Shown: piece after piece, positions 19,201-22,991 of the stretch
Numbering within the stretch: position 1 is the first letter of the stretch
Layout of the letters: each line of letters starts with the position of its first letter
From: Paraglomus brasilianum
Taxonomy: Eukaryota
Length of the DNA: 22,991 nt
Reading direction: 5' to 3'
Assembly (NCBI GenBank): GCA_910592345.1
Contig: CAJVPI010000019.1
Location: 62,001 to 84,991, forward strand
The notes under the pieces: model-generated
Told to the model about the DNA's origin: nothing
Seen by the model: only the letters and a program-made list of their open reading frames with translations
Database searches by the model: none
Made by a program: the position numbers and the translations under genes

Positions 19201-20806
19201 TCATGAACAGTATAATGATGCATTGAACGATCTTAACAAATTATTAGCCATCGAACCGAATAACACGTGGGCTTTGAGTAGAAGGGGAAGTATTTATTGC
19301 ATATTTAAGAAGTATGACAACGCATTTTATGATCTCAACAAGTCACTAGACATTGCACCAAATGAAGTATGGGCATTGAGCAGAAGAGGATATATCTATC
19401 GCATACTTAAGAAGTATGACAGTGCGTTAAATGATCTCAATAAAGCATTTGAGATTAAACCATATGATACATGGACATTGAGAAACAGAGGAGTCATCTA
19501 TTGCACACTTAAGAAGTATGATGATGCATTTAATGACATTAATAGATCATTGGTATTGGAACCTCATAATGCGGTTGCATTGAGTAGAAGAGGGAAAATT
19601 TATCTGGAACGTAAGAAGTATCGTGATGCATTAAATGACCTTAATGAATCATTGAGGATTGAACCGGATAATGCATATGCATTGAGAGTGAGAGGAGATG
19701 TATATCTGAAACTTCAACAGTATTCTAATGCTCTGAAAGATCTCAATAACTCAATGGTGATCGAAAAGAATAGCGCAGAGACATTTGGTATAAGAGGAGA
19801 GGTCTATCTCATGCTTGGTCAATATTCTACTGCATTGCACGATCTTGATAGATCGTTGGAACTTGAAAAAAATGATGCGCGCGCTTTGAGAACGAGGGGA
19901 CATATACGTCTTATACGTGAAGAATATGTTGATGCATTGGACGATCTCAATAAATCCTTGGAGATTGAGGAAAACAACTCGGACACGTTGAAAATAAGGG
20001 GAAGTGTCTATCTCAATATTAATCGGTATGATGAAGCATTGAAGGATCTCACCAAATCACTGGAAATTCAACCAAATAACAAAGATGCCTTAAATATAAG
20101 AGGACATATCCATCTTAATCTTAAACAGTATGACGATGCATTGATTAGCCTCACCAAATCACTAGAGATTGAACCGGACGACGCATATGCATTGAGTGTA
20201 AAAGGAGCTACTTATCTCAGGCTTGGCCAACATTATAATGCCTTGACTAATCTTAACAATTCACTAGATATTGAACCACATAGTGCATATGCTTTGAAAA
20301 TGAGAGGAAATGTTTATTTGGTGTTTGGTAAATATTATGATGCGATGACTGATCTCAATGATTCGTTGGAGATTGAACCAAATGACGCGGTTGCCCTGAG
20401 CTTAAAAGGGGCCGTCTGTCTCTGTTTTGAACAGTATGACATGGCATTAACCGAAATCGATAGGTCCTTGGAGATTGATCCAGATGATGCGACAACATTA
20501 TGTCGAAGGGCAGAAGTCTATCGCAGACTTGAACGATATGACAGCGCATTGGTTGATCTCAATAGGTCGCTGGAGGTTGAACCCAATAATGTAGATGCAT
20601 TAAACGAAAGAGGAAAAATTCATCGTATACTAAGAAATTATGAAAACGCATTATTTGACTTTAATCAATCTTTGGAGATTGAACAAAATAACACAGAGAT
20701 TGCGGGTTTAAGGGATGAAGTTTTTCGGATGATTGGTCAGAATAACAATGTGTTTAGGAGATTTAGAAGGATTAGATTTACTGGTCCAAGTGCGCAAACA
20801 CTGTAA
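16237..20806 (+). CDS. TKL-type (pseudo)kinase fused to 30 TPR repeats (~1434 aa, 4 exons)
   Basis: Exons 16237-16455, 16527-16590, 16664-16836, 16958-20806 (GT..AG, 4305 nt in frame). Kinase motifs VYKA, VAIKSL, HPSLIQFLG, FEFADGGTLR, IIHRNL/YSNSILI, AKISDFGLS, AYMDP, KSDIFSLGVILWEISSG, CWAEDPDERP, followed by 34-aa repeats (ALxxRGxVYxxLxxYDxALxDLNKSLEIEPN). Confidence 0.93.
17612..20689 (+). repeat. Coding array of 30 TPR units (102 nt each; unit 12 is 18 nt longer)
   Basis: Counted from the translation: 30 x 102 + 18 nt spans exactly 17612-20689, followed by a partial capping unit. Confidence 0.92.
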
Positions 20807-21775
20807 TGCGCATTCTATCGACAATTGGCGATGTGCGCCATGAAAAGAACTAACTGTAGAAGATTTATTCGCCCGTTTAATAATAATATGGACTTTTAGG
20901 ATATTTATTGGTTGTCCAAATGTATTTATAATACCATTGTCATTAATTGATAATACTATTATTAAAAAAAAACACGTCATATTAATTGCTAAGCAATATG
21001 AAAACTGATTGATGCCCAATCTATTGATATAATCTAAGCCTTTAAACGTTGAACTAATTAATACTAATTTGGGGCGAAACAAAAAGCATTACACGAGGTT
21101 CTTGATTCAATCATAATTACCAACCAACACACGATGCTAGCAATTAGTATAGATGAAGCCGCTGTTTCTAACAAGGAGAGGAAGCTAGTTAACGAGAGGC
21201 TTTAGGAAACAAAGTTTTGACATTCATCTCGCTAGTAAATGGGGTAGACTGAAATATTGTCTCATCTGTTCTGTTTCATGCAATGCTTTTAAGTCGGCCA
21301 TTCTTCAATTTTGCTTCTCTAGTTTCAGAGACAAGATTCTCTCTGCTCTGCGAGTGTAGTAAAAATGGTTTGTAGACGGGTCGCAAATTTGCTGTTTGCG
21401 CTGGGGGTGACCTTGATCATGTCTTCATAAATCCGACGCGTTGAAATATGATATTATTGTCTTAGTATGAAAACATTAGATGTGGAAGCATTTTCACCCT
21501 CTATTGACCGTTAAGAGTTCGTTATTTGAGGACTTGTTCATGAGTTGTGGCAAACTGTCGTATGTGCGTAATATGGAATAGCAGCAAAGGGCGTTTGTTA
21601 TATACAGTCAAACCGATAGCACTCTGCTATCAGTTTATAGAGGCGCTTTGAGAGATTATTACATTTTATTGGTGGAAGCAATTACATATAGTGAATTAAA
21701 GAATTCGCTAACACTATATTAATATCATTAATAAACAGAAATTTACTGGAATTCATAGAAACAGTGATAACATAC

Positions 21776-21900
21776 ATTTAAACCATATTGATTAATCATT
21801 TCTTGCAGTCTGATACGCTCTTCATCCAGAGTCTCTATCGGTGCACTTTGACCTTCTCCTGACTTTAGATAAAAATGTCTTTTCTTAAATTTGGCTAACC
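21776..21900 (-). mobile_element. pogo/Tigger (CENP-B-like) transposase fragment, relic
   Basis: LAKFKKRHFYLKSGEGQSAPIETLDEERIRLQEMINQYGLN resembles the end of the CENP-B HTH and the linker before the DDE domain (WLxxFKxRH...GExxSA...L...Y). It is followed by a minus-strand GTATGT donor at 21775. A TIR-like TA|CAGTCAAACC lies at 21603-21614. Confidence 0.7.
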
Positions 21901-22470
21901 TTTCACTCAATAAACATCTCCAATGAAGGCGAAAGCTATGAAAGAAGTCTTTCTTGATGATCTCTGCCAGTGATTCTATCATGAATTTCTCCAACCTGGA
22001 TGCCCATGTTGTTTAAAATAGTCATTTGGTTCAGTGGGGGAGGGGGAGGAGATGGAAGGGAGGAGGGGGGAGGAGACTGTTGATACACCATTAATATGGT
22101 GTATTGTTGTTGTAATGGATAGTAGAAGAACCATCCAGAGGTTTGATTTTTATATAACAGTCACTGGACATTGGAATTGACTTACAAGATCATATGGGGC
22201 AGACTGCAACAAAACCAGACAAAGTGAACATTCTATTATGTGACATAAATGTGAGGCTGATGTGGCTGAAAGTTAACTAATTTGACTAATAACATTTGGA
22301 AAGTAATAATGGTACTTGTTTATAATAATAATAACTTATAGACTTGTTGATTTTAATTTTCACTTTATCATACCAAAATGTGAGGAATATAAACCATAAT
22401 AGGAGCAATATAGGATTACCTCTGTATATATAAAAATAAGTATATGAAACTAATTTACATCAAATCCACC

Positions 22471-22704
22471 ATGGAACCCAAGAATTACAGCACCATTAGA
22501 AGCATTCTAAAGAAAGCTCAAGGAGAAAAAATTGCCCCTTATGTTTTTAAAATCAATGACACCCAAACTCTCCAGGAATATCTAGATCAAGAAAACATCA
22601 CTTATGAAACTTATCAAGAAGAACGAAAGATACAAAGTATTAAACGAAAATTAACTTCAACTTATGATGAACCAAGAAAGAAACGAAAACTTGAAGAAAG
22701 GTAA
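22471..22704 (+). CDS. Short hypothetical protein or first exon with NLS-like PRKKRKL
   Basis: Good start context CCACCATGG, TATATAAAAA at ~22428, and a charged protein-like composition. It ends on AG|GTAAAG (22701), which could be a donor. No family recognised. Confidence 0.4.
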   Translation: MEPKNYSTIRSILKKAQGEKIAPYVFKINDTQTLQEYLDQENITYETYQEERKIQSIKRKLTSTYDEPRKKRKLEER

Positions 22705-22991
22705 AGGGAAGCAGTTTAATGTAAAAGGCCTCCGCTGATCAAACGACCTTATAGTCATGATAAAAGACTGCTTAAGCGCATCCGTTGAGCTTTGACACGA
22801 TTGCAATTAAAAACGTCAAACAACGTAAAAATATTTCAATTTTTCGTAAGCATAAATTTTATTAGTTCGATTATTAAATGCGCATTCTCGAAATATAAAT
22901 AAATAATCGTAAACGCACCAGAGTGATTGCATGGGAGGAAAATACTCGGACCCAAAGCCATTGATGAGTATAACCTATTCTTTGGTCACTC

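Noticed and set aside
22138..22152. gaggtttgatttt|ta as the partner TIR of TA|CAGTCAAACC at 21605
   Set aside because: The terminal bases do not match (ttt versus ctg) and only ~7 bp agree.

Overview
Eukaryotic, intron-containing, AT-rich fungal DNA. The gene content (MATA-type HMG box, Crinkler-like NTPase-nuclease, TKL kinase fused to TPRs, pogo-type MITEs) points to an arbuscular mycorrhizal/Mucoromycota genome; this is an inference. From left to right: an HMG-box gene (2783-3400); a 6-exon C2-domain gene with Pro-rich and Lys/Asp/His-rich tails (4056-5652); a 122-bp-period tandem duplication; a ~2.4-kb stretch with a dense run of plus-strand splice signals but no ORF, whose putative exons carry inverted-repeat elements (8688-11040); a young pogo-like MITE; a Crinkler-like pseudogene with two 6-nt micro-exons inside a sharply bounded, almost CpG-free block (11408-14147); a degenerate MITE; an intact 4-exon kinase-TPR gene whose catalytic motifs are degenerate, a probable pseudokinase with 30 TPRs (16237-20806); and a pogo transposase relic plus a short NLS-bearing ORF in a second CpG-poor block. 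I found no rRNA, tRNA or CRISPR array. All gene models and counts were done by eye.
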